DNA of 64,000 bases from Nemertoderma westbladi (taxonomy: Eukaryota; Animalia; Xenacoelomorpha): positions 248,001 to 312,000 of the forward strand of contig JAUCBJ010009103.1 in NCBI GenBank assembly GCA_032718475.1, given 5' to 3'. The notes beneath the pieces are model-generated. The model did not search any database, was not told the DNA's origin, and was given only the letters and a program-made list of their open reading frames with translations. This document shows positions 12,864-24,532 of this stretch, in pieces. The position numbers and the translations under genes are program-made. Positions within the stretch are counted from its first letter, which is position 1, and each line of letters starts with the position of its first letter.

Positions 12864-13289
12864 GGGCAGTTTTCGTTCGGTCAGCAATAGGCCTAACGCA
12901 AAATGCAGTATTATTGCCTAGCAACCAATTCATGGCTACCATATGGTTTTCACTTTGAGACATTTCGCCCTCTAGCGGCAGACTGGGGAACTTCAGACTA
13001 CTCTGTGACTCTGCAAAAAAGATAGCCCATATTGTAATAGATACCGATTGGGGGGTCAAAATTAAGTAATAATTTATCTAAATAAGCCTCAAACATCTTG
13101 CCTCATGGCTCGCCCCTTAGAACTCTTAAGCAATATAACTTCATAGTTTTGCGGATTGTAAACAACAAAGCTAGAGAAGATGTTAATAATATTTTTCAGA
13201 CATGCTCCCATGGGCATGACAGGTTGTCTGTCATGCTTATAATGGCCATTGGTGAGACATCCGCTACTGGGTGTGGGTTCGCAGGGGAT

Positions 13290-14962
13290 CGGCCTCCGCT
13301 TTGCAGGACATTGCTTTCGCCGTGAGGACCAGCCAGTGGCTCATTCCAAAGTAAAGTACGGGACATTCGTACACAATTTTGAACTTTGATTGCCTGTACA
13401 ATGTTATCCACAGCACATATGTGCACAAAATTGTGCTTGGATTAAACTTTCGAATATCAGCTTTGATTTCGCGAAGCTTATGGCGGGACTTAGTCACTTT
13501 TGAGAAAACACCAGCTTGTCCAATTAAGGTAAAGTACGGATTCGTACGAAATGGTTTTTTTTATTTTATGATTTCAATTCTAAAATTTAGCGAATTGTGC
13601 GCAGGTACGGTGTTGAGTTGATGTTTAGGATAAAGCTGTATTATTAAGCTTAAATAAAAATATAAATATCAGACGAATTGCTGCATTGCTAATTTTTTAC
13701 AGTGTGGTTTGTGTGGTAAAGTATGGGACATTGTTAAGTAAAGTACGGGACCTGTACGAATTTCATGGTCAAAATGGTCTCTTACACTTAACCTAACAGT
13801 AATTTCTGGATAATTAGTGATAATAAAGTGCAACTAAGTATTTCCAACCAAGATATGGATACAAAATGTGGGGCGGCCCACAAATTGACCCGAAGTCTTA
13901 GCATACAGTATGGGTGCTCTTGAGGAGTTGTATGTCATCTGTCTAATTTTTGATCGCTAATACTGTATAACTCGGTCATTTTTAGATGAAATTAAACCAA
14001 ACCTGGTACGTATGAAGTCTGTCAATAGTTTGGAAAGAATCTGAAGTTTAAGGAATCAAAGGTCACATATCAGACAGTCTGTCTGTTGGTACCGATAGTT
14101 TCAAAATTTTGATAAAAACCGAAATAAGTCCGCCAATTAGTGATGAAATATAACCAAACTTGGTACACGTAGTCTGAAAAAAGTTTAGAAATTATTTCAA
14201 TTTCTCTGAAAATGTATCAATTACTGTACTTACCGATCTTCTTATCTGCTAAAAAACTAAATTTTTTGTAATTTGTTGTAAAGTACGGGACTTTACATGC
14301 ATAAACTCAAATATTAGTTAACTGAGGAATGATTCTTAGTTCAAATACATAGTACGTCTATGCTTCCCACTACTATCACCCTAAAGCATTATAACACTCC
14401 TGCCCTCCAGGTTTCATATACTGTATTACATTAATACAGTGCACTAATGTAATCGCCATTATAATGGTAAAGTATGGGACAATTTTCAATTGGCCGTCAT
14501 GATGTTTCTGAGGGAGTAGATTATGAAACTACAGGTAATTGTTTCTTAAGATGACGCAACACAAACGTGCTTTGCATTCCACTGGGTGATTGGGCTTAGT
14601 TAGACTACTTCTCTGTGTATAAATTAAAAATTTCACTATTTTTTGGTAAAGTATGGGACTTTACATGCATAAACCCAAAGATTTCTTGACTGAGGAATGA
14701 TTCTTAGTTCAAATATAGACTCCTATTCTTACGGCCGACTATGACCTTAGAGTATTATGCATTAAAGATTATGCACTGGTGCATAATCTTTTGCTTTTTT
14801 CAGCCTCATGGAGCGAATAAGCATGGTGGACAGCCCATGACTTTCTTGAGGCGCATCATAAAGGACACTGGCCTAGAAGATGCGGATGATCTAGCAAATG
14901 TCATGGGTGATAGAGAGTTGTGGCGGCCCAATTTTGTCGACAAGCCGGCACAGCATTCTTAA
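13290..14962 (+). pseudogene. 3' end of an RTE-like LINE split by a ~1.4-kb insert
   Basis: 13290-13338 (CCGCTTTGCAGGACATTG...CCAGCCAGTG) and 14779-14962 (GTGCATAATCTT...CATTCTTAA) are contiguous in the copy at 31512-31740 (-). Confidence 0.75.
13339..14765. mobile_element. Probable non-autonomous DNA element with a repeated GTAAAGTAYGGGAC motif
   Basis: The motif recurs at ~13351, 13530, 13716, 13738, 14278, 14467 and 14646. Internal duplication 14278-14350 / 14646-14718. Interrupts the LINE fragment. Confidence 0.5.
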
Positions 14963-15279
14963 AAATGCAGCATGGCGATCATAGTAGAAGTCACAGGGGA
15001 TTGATAATCAAAACGGGTTTTGGAACTACCGCTACCATGAAGGGATGTAAGATTTTTAGTAAAACTTTGGATGCAAAGTAAAGATGACATTCTTTACAAA
15101 CACGCTCTCTAATTTTACCAAATGGAAGGGCATTAGAGGTCGTAAGGTAAGATTTTAATGGTTATCATTGGAAGGGGTAATAGTTTAATAGTAAACACGT
15201 TAATAGTATATACGTTTAATAGTATGCAAGTATACACACTATGTATTTAATATACAGTAATTTTATCGGAAACTTATAA

Positions 15280-15401
15280 TGTGACGTCACGATATTGCGG
15301 ACACCCGCCCTCCCCCTCGTCACAAATCGTCACGAAATACCAACCCACCCCCCCCCCCCCCCCCCCTATGTCCAGAGTGCCGTCATTTATGGATGGCCCC
15401 T
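15280..15401. mobile_element. Single terminus of a MITE
   Basis: CGTCACAAATCGTCAC...poly-C...CGTCATTTATGGATGGCCCCT-TA, a terminus type common in invertebrate MITEs. The other end was not found. Confidence 0.45.
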
Positions 15402-16812
15402 TATAATTATTTCAAACTTTAAAGTTCATATACAGTATATATCATATTTGATCACTCTATTATATACATTTATTTTCTTAATATTGCGTTGCTAATTTAG
15501 ACTTAGAATCTGTTGTATTGCCGATCAATTAATTGTGTAATTTACTGCGTACATTAATTTCTACTGTAATTCTAAAATAATTACCGGTAATTGAATTACG
15601 TGTATTAATTAATATTCCGTTATTACCATTACAATACCTAAACGGTGGCAGTGATCACTAGCACCTCGGTGCTACTCGCTGTCTCCATCCATCTTAATTC
15701 TTCTTCATACAGTATTTTTATGTTGAATCAATTAAGTTGATGTATTAATGGAAAATAAATTTAATTGATTGATTGCAGGGGCAGCCGGCAGGCCTACTAA
15801 ACTCAAACTGTAATACAACACTTAGTTAGACCTACTGCTGCTGTACTGAAGAAACTTAACTGCAGTTAAAGACCAGACACACTGACACAAGATAACATAA
15901 CAGTCAGACAGTATCATATGGCAGTATGGTTCAGTTCAGCCAGACTGCAGACAGCCTGACAGCGGTGTACTTTAGTCAGTACATCTGTAGATCAGTAGAT
16001 GCTGTAATGCAAACTACTGCACTAAGCACTAGGCCTACTGCCAGACTGCAACTGAAACTATATTGCTGCATATATGGCATTGGAGCATGCCAATTGCTGA
16101 ATTGTGGAGTGCATGGTATGACTGTATTATGGTGGTGGCAAAAATACCGGTACTTCTGTACTTTTTGCTTTTATTTAAGCCAGCAAGCATCTCAATGTGC
16201 TGCAGGCTGATAGGCAGATTACAGGGATAGGCCTATCAGCCTATACTCAGATACTAGTCAGCTAGTACTGTCAGACTGTAGTAGTACTAGTACAGTAGTA
16301 CTGCTGTACTGTAGTTGTACCGGTAGTACTGTACCCTACCACCTACTACCGGTACCTGGGTACTCTGAAATAATTGTTAAAGCAGTTCACCTTCGTGGGC
16401 AGGTGGGGCCTTCTTGCAACACGGCAACACCAAACACCTGAACACGCACTGACAGACTGACGTTTGAAGGTTTCCTGGTTTCTTGTACCGGTAGGGGCTA
16501 CGGCTAGGGCCTACAATAATACCCAAATACTGCTGCACTCTCAGACCTGCAGACTGTAGGCCTATCTCTGTATCTGCCTATGTATTAGAAGACAATTTGC
16601 GGAAATCTGTATTACATATAGGCAGGCAGGTAGGCCTATTACTGTATTACGATACCGGTTGCCGGTAGCCACTGACAGACTGGATAGTAGGCCTAGTGTC
16701 TGACTGTAATACAGTAATAGCCTAATACAGTAGCCTAGGCCTAATACTGTCTGACTGTAATAATATACAGATATAACCTTCATACCGGTGCCGCTATAAT
16801 ATAGTAATAATA

Positions 16813-17193
16813 ATGTCGTCCTCGTCAAGATTGAAGACTCGAGAACTTCGAGGAAAGAAGAAAGAGGAGCTAATGAAACAATTGGATGAGCAGAAGCAAG
16901 AGTTGTCGCAGTTACGGGTAGCCAAGGTAACGGGTGGGGCCGCCAGCAAACTCTCCAAGATCCGAGTAGTGCGTAAAAACATCGCGAGGATTTTCACAAT
17001 AGCTCACCAAACGCAGAAGGAGAATCTCCGACTCTACTACAAGAATAAGAAGTTTACCCCCAAAGATCTCCGTCCGAAGAAGACTCGAGCAATGCGGCGA
17101 GCGCTTACGAAACACGAGCTGAGTCTCCGAACTTGCAAACAACAGAGACACAGCGCCCAGACCAAGATGAGGAAGTTCGCGTTGAAGGAATAA
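16813..17193 (+). CDS. RPL35: 60S ribosomal protein L35 (uL29)
   Basis: 126 aa containing [57 protein letters not shown] and RKFALK. Intact and intronless; AATAAA at ~17300. Confidence 0.97.
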   Translation: MSSSSRLKTRELRGKKKEELMKQLDEQKQELSQLRVAKVTGGAASKLSKIRVVRKNIARIFTIAHQTQKENLRLYYKNKKFTPKDLRPKKTRAMRRALTKHELSLRTCKQQRHSAQTKMRKFALKE

Positions 17194-18389
17194 CCTACTC
17201 GAACCGCTTGTTTTATTTAACAAACAAATAGATAGGCAGAGCAGATGAGTAAGGGGTTGTTTAATAATAATTCGCGAATAATATACGGATTCTTGTTCCA
17301 AATAAAACCTAATTATTAAAAAAAAAATACATTTCATTGGCCATAGGGCTGTGGGGTTTTCGCTGGGACGTTTGGCAACGGCTTCTGAAACATCTGTTGT
17401 GACATCAATTCCACATATTACACCATTCACATACACAATGATGTTAAAGACAAATAGAAAATAACGTTTTCCGTATAATCTTCCTATATACTTCTTTAAT
17501 CAATTTTTAAGCGAAAAATGTCGTTATCTTTTTTTTCCATTTTTTTATACCGCTGTACCGGGAATATGATCCTTCGAAATATATGTAATATATATATATA
17601 TTACTTCTCATTCCCTCCTGTGAGTTATACATTGAAACCTTAAACCAAATCATCTTTCAAGTTTAGTCAATTACAGTTAGTTCTATAAGTAAATAGCTCA
17701 ATACTTATATAAATTGATATGATGTTGCTTAGTTCAAAAGGATGGGGGGGGGGGGGTGTGGTGAAAATTATAGATAAAACCGTTAGTACTGGTAATTAAT
17801 TGTTAGTAGGTTAGGAAACAAACATACCGGTTTTTTGCCGGAATATATTTCAGACTATATATTTTTCTACAATAGGTTTGCACAAAAATGCTGTACCTTT
17901 ACACGGCAGCTCATAGTAAGGGATGGATTTTCGGGCCCGTGGCGCCACGCCATTACATCATTACCATTACACCATTTCAAACAAAGCCATGTATGTAAAA
18001 AAAGAAATGTAAATGTGGTCACAGCACACAGAATGAATTTCTGGTTATTGGGTTTAAAAATTAAAAGTATTTAAGTATATATTTTTATTAATAAATAATA
18101 TTAACTTCAAAATAGGGAAAACAAGGAAATATATTATTTGAAGTACGGTAATAATAATTATTTATACCATGGAAATGAGATGGTGCTTTACTTTAACTCC
18201 ACCTCGAATGTTTAATTTTAAACATGAGCGAGCGTGTTAGGTTATACAGTACATAATATACAGGAACACGATGCCCCGGAATATGGTGTCGTGAATGTGG
18301 TGCATTTATTATATAGAATGAGTTGTAGAAAAATTTGGGGGAGGCGGCATGTCAATGAATAGGGTTGGTGCGCGAAAAATGTGTTGGGC

Positions 18390-18541
18390 TAGAAACAAAT
18401 GAATAAATGGTAAGAAGGTGCCCTGAATTGAGTGGCGGGTGTTTTTTGTAAAAACACGAGAGAAACAAATGGATAAGGGGTAAGAAGGTGCCCTGAATTG
18501 AGTGGCGGGGGCCGGGATGTGTTTTTTGTAAAAACACGAGG
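18390..18541. repeat. ~70-80-bp tandem duplication, probably inside a non-autonomous element
   Basis: Two copies of AGAAACAAATG...GTAAGAAGGTGCCCTGAATTGAGTGGCGGG...TGTTTTTTGTAAAAACACGAG. Confidence 0.7.
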
Positions 18542-19261
18542 AAACGGTCGAAATGGCGGGTTTAAGTAAGCGTGGGAAGCTAATTTTGAAAATCGGCTAT
18601 GATTGGCTGCTACATATTTGACGTCATTAAGCAGTGCTCTGATAATTTTTATCTTGGTTTCTATATGGAGAGAGATTTTCGATCGATTCAAATTTCAAAT
18701 ACACGTTAAATCTCAATCATTTCACACGCGTCTTTTGACACTAAAATTAATTAAATTCATAAAGGGGAAGATTTATAAAATGTTGTAATGCGGAATGCCC
18801 AGGGTGGCATATTCGCCTAGCGTAATTGTAATTTCATTACACATTACATTAGGCCTATTTATTACATCTCATAAGTATACCAGAATACCAATGATACTAT
18901 AACAATGTACAGTGGGTGGTTTTAATGTAAATGTATACTTAAATAGGTGCTCATTAACTTCTGCTACGAACTCACGTCCCTGATCTGGCATCACGATCTC
19001 CGGTTCCGCCACCCCGTAGCGAGTCATCAATTCGTACAGAAATTCCGCAACGCGAGTCTATTCCAGGAACAGCCTTGGCTTCGGGCCATTTAGTAAAGTA
19101 GTCAGTACATGTCATTATATACGCATTTCCCTTCAGCGTCAATGGTAGCGGCCCTATTAAAACTATTCCAATTCGAGACCAAGTCTGGCTCTTAACTTGA
19201 ATTGAATTAAGAGTTCGATTTCCGTTTAGTCATACAATTATAGCCCACGAATGCCCATATA

Positions 19262-19296
<35 letters not shown>

Positions 19297-19440
19297 GGGA
19301 CGACTGGACGCAATAAAAATTCATCCCTCTCCAGGGAAAATTCGACGCAAATAACAGCTGATTATTCTCAAAAATAAAACTGTAACCTGTTCTATTGTAG
19401 ATAAGCTTTAAGCATTGTAAATAAGCTTTCTCTTAGTGCA

Positions 19441-20449
19441 GTGGGTGTTCAAAAGCACCGAATGCAGACTGGACAGACTGATGAGGTTCTGATTAAGGAC
19501 ATGGGGGGCGGTTGGCGACTCGCCCTCGCTTCAGCAGATGATAGTGGCAATGGTGGAATTGGTCTATTTATGAATCCAACTGCACATGCAGCATTGGACA
19601 AAATAGAAATCTCTAACCGCATCATCTGTTGCCACTTCTCATGTTCTGGAAGACTGGCTAAGAAGTTTCCTAAGGTGGTTCTGATTGTGTGCTACTCTCC
19701 AACTAGTGTTGCCCCTGTAGAGGAGGTGGAAAATTTCTACCACAATCTACAAGCAGCTACTGATGGAGTGGATTAGCATACATTATTAACATTCCTGGGA
19801 GACTTTAATGCAAGTCTGCATCAATCACCTACATCACCCTGGGTCTATAGCAATAGTGTTAACCGAAATTCCATCCATCTTCAGGATTTGATCTCTGGAA
19901 ATGGATTGTTTTCGGATGGAACCCAGATCAAGAAGCGAACTGGAAAGCTATGGACTCATAGTGAACCCAGTGGTCATAAGTCCCAGATAGACCATATTCT
20001 GTTTCGTAGGAAATACAGGAGCTCTATACAAGACTGTAATGCATTTACACTACGACCCTTCTCCAGTGATCACCGCCTTATTGTGGCCAAGGTAAGACTT
20101 AGTCTGCGTGCTAGCAGAACAACGAAATCTGCCTTGCCGCGGCATGACTGGTCCTCTCAGTTGCAACAGCCAAGTGTGAGATCCAGCTTCACACTACAGC
20201 TGAGCAACAGGTATGAGGTTCTTGCCTCTAAGGCGGCAGATCAATGTGAGGGCTATACTGCCTTCACAGAGGCAGTTAAGTTAGCAGCTGCAGAAACAGT
20301 TCCTGTATACCCTCGAAACAGGAAACGGGCCCCCTGGACTAACAACAAAATTCAGAAGTGCCGAAATGACCTCTACAAGGCGCCGAAAGAGTCCCGACTC
20401 ACACAGACTACAGCGGTCAAGAATGCAGTTAAGGCTGCATCTAGGTCCC
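19441..20449 (+). pseudogene. LINE (RTE-like) apurinic endonuclease domain fragment
   Basis: GVQKHR, GGIGLF, VCYSPT, LGDFNA, QIDHIL and SDHRLI motifs with an internal stop. Cut at 20450 by the LTR insertion. Confidence 0.88.
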
Positions 20450-21678
20450 TGTTCGAGCTTTTAGACCTTTAGCAGTTTAACCTGCCAATTTTAGGTGTCT
20501 TTTTGTATATCAATTATTTAATGTACTGAAGGTACATCAGCCGAAGCCAGCCTGTGCGCGACCATTCACCCACAGTTAAGGGAGACTGGATTCGGATGCT
20601 TTGATAGTGATTGCAGTGTAGACCTACTGTATTATTCGATTGATCGTTAATATATAATCTCTGACAATATATTTACTTTCGGGGAAATATTAACAGTTCC
20701 TTTAGGACGTGGCGCTTTAAGTATAAAACAGAGTTATGACTTATACTAATCACAACTGGATGGCTACTGAGTTTCGTAAAAGGCGCATTCTTTAGGAGAT
20801 GCTTTATTAACCTTCACACTACTTCACACGACTATTCACACTACTGCGCACTGATCTGCCGACCGTCACTGAATTTGATCATATATAAGGAGGATCGCAA
20901 CTGACACATGTAGGGATTATGAAATAGCATTCAATTCACACAAAAACCACTATAATGTAAGTCGCAGTTGCTACCGGTAAACCTGTTCCTCTAACCTTTA
21001 GTAATCAAAGAGATTGAGGGTTTTATGATTATTCATCGGTATTCTCCAAATATATCAGCAATATATACCAACATAACACAGTAACACCAATTAATAACAG
21101 AATCAAATAATGCGGTGAACAGTCAGTATGTGTAGTTGAATCGCGTTGCGTAGTGCCGCGGTGTGGCGATTCAGATATGAAGTATGATTCAGCAATGATT
21201 CAGTAGTTGAATTGCGTTGCGTAGTGCCGCGGTGTGGCGGTGTGCTGCGTTAATAGTTTTACGTTCCTTTAATCAAAGCCATCTGATGTTTCTGAGGTTT
21301 AGGTCAAAGTCTGAAACTTCCACAGAAGTACAGAAGAATCCTAAGCCGGTGTTCTGGGCTTAGAAAAGATACACACTGACTGAATTGCGTGGGTTTCTGT
21401 AGAGCACTGTCCAACACAAAGTGAAAATCGCTCTGATTGGCTGAGCCGAACAAAGAACAAAGAGAGATTCAGGTTCCGCGTTGGCAGTAAATCAGCTGAC
21501 AGATTGCGTCATCTGAGTCATCTTCTAGAGTATTAAGCGAATTGCGGCAGAATGGCTAGTTATGTCCACTAAAGCATGCATACAGACATAACGGGTAAAA
21601 ATGGCTTATGTCCGCTAAAAGCACCTACACAGTACATTGCGGAGAAAATGACTGGTTATATCCGCAAAAGCTTTTACA
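20450..21678 (-). repeat. 3' LTR (1229 bp)
   Basis: TGTTCGAGCTTTTAGACC...AAAAGCTTTTACA. Aligns to 26165-26767 plus 30203-30742. Confidence 0.9.
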
Positions 21679-21756
21679 CCGCTCCCAGAAAATGGGATTT
21701 AATTCTATAAAATATAAAAAATCACAGTTTCTAAAATATAAAAATACTCTAAACAG

Positions 21757-23200
21757 TTAGTCCTTCTTACGCGAACGGCGTTTACGCAGTTTTTTGAGGC
21801 TAGCAAGAGTCCTTTTCTCTTTGGGGCGAGCCACTTTACTAGGAGGGCTATAACTCCTGGGTGAAGGGTGCAATACAATTGCATCGGAAGGTTTAGAATG
21901 ACGGTCAGTGTATCTGCCGGTCGAGGTATTCGGTTGATCGGTATCAACCTCAGTGGAACGAGGTCGAACAACCTTCAGAGCGCATTTTAAGACAGCAGCT
22001 CTTACTGGTTCCTGACGGGCCGTTTGCACGAGAGCGGTAGGTGGACCGTGTGCAGTGAGAAATTTCCCCGGTTTGATGGTTCTTTCCAACTCGCGTTCTC
22101 GGGCTCTATCGGAATCGATATGCTTCTCCTCAAGCTGATTTTCCTCCGCTTGTCGTTGAAAGCATTCGTCCAAAACTCTTGCAGAAAGTAGAGTCGTCCA
22201 AGTTCGATATCTTCCTAGAGATTCTGGATTTCCCGATCGAACTGAGATAAAGCTAATTCGTTTACCGCTTGGACTTGCTGCTGCAATTTACGTTTCTCTG
22301 AACAATCGTAGGTTCCTTTTCCGATCTTTTGACGAATAGTGTCCAACGCGTTTCGTACAACTCTCTCCTCCACCTCGGTGACAGGTTGTATCGGGTTAAA
22401 CAGGGACGATTATACGGTTGAATGGCGATATTAGGTGTCCGCGTCCCAATCCGGCTAGGTAAGATGGGCGAATATCTAGGGAGCCCACAACCGGAGTGCC
22501 ACCGACTAATTGTTCGGGTAACACTAGATCTTTGAACAGTGAGTAAGCTCAGGAGGATCCGTGATACTATTAGGATCAAGAGTCTGAGGTCTCACCAGGG
22601 AATGAGGAGGCCTGACCGAGTATTCCGGAACTCTGATCATAGGTTTATTTAAGGATCGTTTGAGTCGGGCGAGCGTAGGTGATACGTCGAACAAGTTTCG
22701 CTCGAAACTCCCGTAAATATATCGAGTAAAACTGTGTTTAGCGCAACGTCTCCGCAGGTGTTTGTCTTTCCGTTTGTTGTTGGTTGGGTCTAGGGCATTC
22801 ATCGTAATAATACCAAAGACGCACCATCTTGTAGGGGAAACGCGGGTGATCTTTCTTCAGTTTTACAATGTTTCTCTCAAGAATTCCAAATATACGTTGG
22901 AGTCACTGCGTTTATCCGGTTCTTTTAACGTCTTCTCTTTCGAGTCGATTTCGAATAGAATTTTCGCATTCGATTCTCAGTTTATCGTTCCGACTCCACT
23001 GGGTATGATATTTAAATAGGACCATTTCCCTTTCGGTGTCGACATCGTCCGTATCGTGTAAATCGATAGGATGACCAGTAGTTAAGAAGTCCATATGCGT
23101 ACCATTACGATGCGTATAGCGAGATTTTCTATAGTCCAATTCACGCGTGAGCTGTTCCTTTGACATTGGCGGTTCGATCTAACGGCCATCGTCCTCCATA
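21757..23200 (-). pseudogene. Fragmented ORF of unknown function inside the LTR element
   Basis: Chain of minus-strand ORF pieces (22912..23166, 22524..22802, 21757..22173) with coding-like composition, broken by stops and frameshifts. Ends in a basic tail (LKKLRKRRSRKKD). Confidence 0.45.
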
Positions 23201-23773
23201 GTGGGTGGACTAGCGTCGCCGCGTATTAAACTATTAAACTATCAACAAACGCTTGCAATGGTAGGGTATATCGCTCCCTGATACTAAGATCATCTTCTAT
23301 CAACTCAGACATAGCTGTTATATGAGTTTATCAATATTATAATTAATTATAATTAGGCTAGCGGGCGTCGCTGCCTACCCCTCACGGCCTCCGGACAGCG
23401 CAAGATCCTCAGCGCTGATGTACTGTCGCCGCTGTGTCTATCGCCAACATAGTAGCTACACAACGACAACAACAACCAGCGCGAGTCACTCCACTGTCCG
23501 TCCCAAGGGCTTAGATTTACTTCAGGTTCTTACTGCAGGGTTAGGGCTACTTTCACAACTGCGACTCGCTACTGTAAACACACTTTAGTAGTAACATTCA
23601 CCTATAAACGCACAAATTCCACACAACTGTCACAAATTGTACACATTCGGGCCATGTGTCCGTTAGTCAAGTGCCTTCCAGAATGCCACGTTATTATTAT
23701 GTATCCCTGGATACTAGCAGTGCGCTATTTATGCCGTATTCTATTCAATGGGGCAAGCCTTTTTATTTTTCTT

Positions 23774-24532
23774 CTAACTCACTTCTAATTCTACAGGGGC
23801 TGTTTTACTGGGCATAGTTAGTTTAGTACCGTGCAAAGGGGATTTAGAGTTAGGATCTGGAAGTACAGGTGTCTCTATCACAGAGGGGGTGACTTCGAAA
23901 GCAGGCTTAATTATTTCAGGATCATCCACTATAGTAGGGAGTCTGTCTACTCCAATAATATGGTCTGTGGATTCAGGATTACCTAAGTCTACACTAGCCA
24001 GTTGCCCTCTCAACGCAGGAGGTAACGTCCGCTTGAACGTCCGTCTACGTCCGCTTGGACGAGATTTATTACCTCTACCTTCGGGATCTCTTATATCACC
24101 TTCATCGGGGGAGGCAAATCCCTGTCTTCTGGTTTGTTTCTTCAAGTAATCTTGTTTCGCCTGAAGGTTTTCCAGCTCTAGTTGGGTAGTCGCTTCAGAC
24201 GCCTTCCGTTCTGCTTCAGCCACTGCCGCTTTCCTTTCAGATTCTGCCGCGGCCGCTGACCTTCGGTCTTCTATTTGCCGTTTCTTTAATTGTTCCTCTT
24301 GTTCCATTGCCATGGGGACCTTAATAGGCCTACGGTGCTGTACTAGCCTAGGGTCTGACACTACTACTGTAGGGATGACCTTTCTTACAGTAGGAGGGGA
24401 CTTGGACTTTGGTCTGGGATGTTCTATACTTTGATCTTGGTCACAGATCCTTTCAAGATACTGTCCAAGTCTAAGACTCATTCTAACACCTTCAAAAAGA
24501 CTATCTGACAGTGCCCATTTTGTGTCAGACAT
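23774..24532 (-). CDS. 252-aa coiled-coil/disordered ORF, possibly a truncated gag N-terminus
   Basis: ATG-initiated, first ORF after the 5' LTR, with E/K/R/A-rich helical segment. No recognisable domain. Confidence 0.5.
   Translation of the reverse strand: MSDTKWALSDSLFEGVRMSLRLGQYLERICDQDQSIEHPRPKSKSPPTVRKVIPTVVVSDPRLVQHRRPIKVPMAMEQEEQLKKRQIEDRRSAAAAESERKAAVAEAERKASEATTQLELENLQAKQDYLKKQTRRQGFASPDEGDIRDPEGRGNKSRPSGRRRTFKRTLPPALRGQLASVDLGNPESTDHIIGVDRLPTIVDDPEIIKPAFEVTPSVIETPVLPDPNSKSPLHGTKLTMPSKTAPVELEVS

Larger units (their letters stand above)
11914..13187. repeat. 1.27-kb palindrome: ~480-bp inverted arms around a 24/32-bp minisatellite
   Basis: ORFs 12040..12369(+) and 12730..13059(-) are near-identical mirror translations. 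Arms are ~11914-12400 and ~12700-13187. Confidence 0.95.

Noticed and set aside
12040-13059. Pair of 109-aa genes in opposite orientation
   Set aside because: Mirror translations of the palindrome arms, TTG-initiated and overlapping a tRNA-derived repeat.
18788-18822. Helitron 3' end (hairpin plus CTAG)
   Set aside because: The hairpin is imperfect, CTAG is followed by C rather than T, and no 5' TC end was identified.
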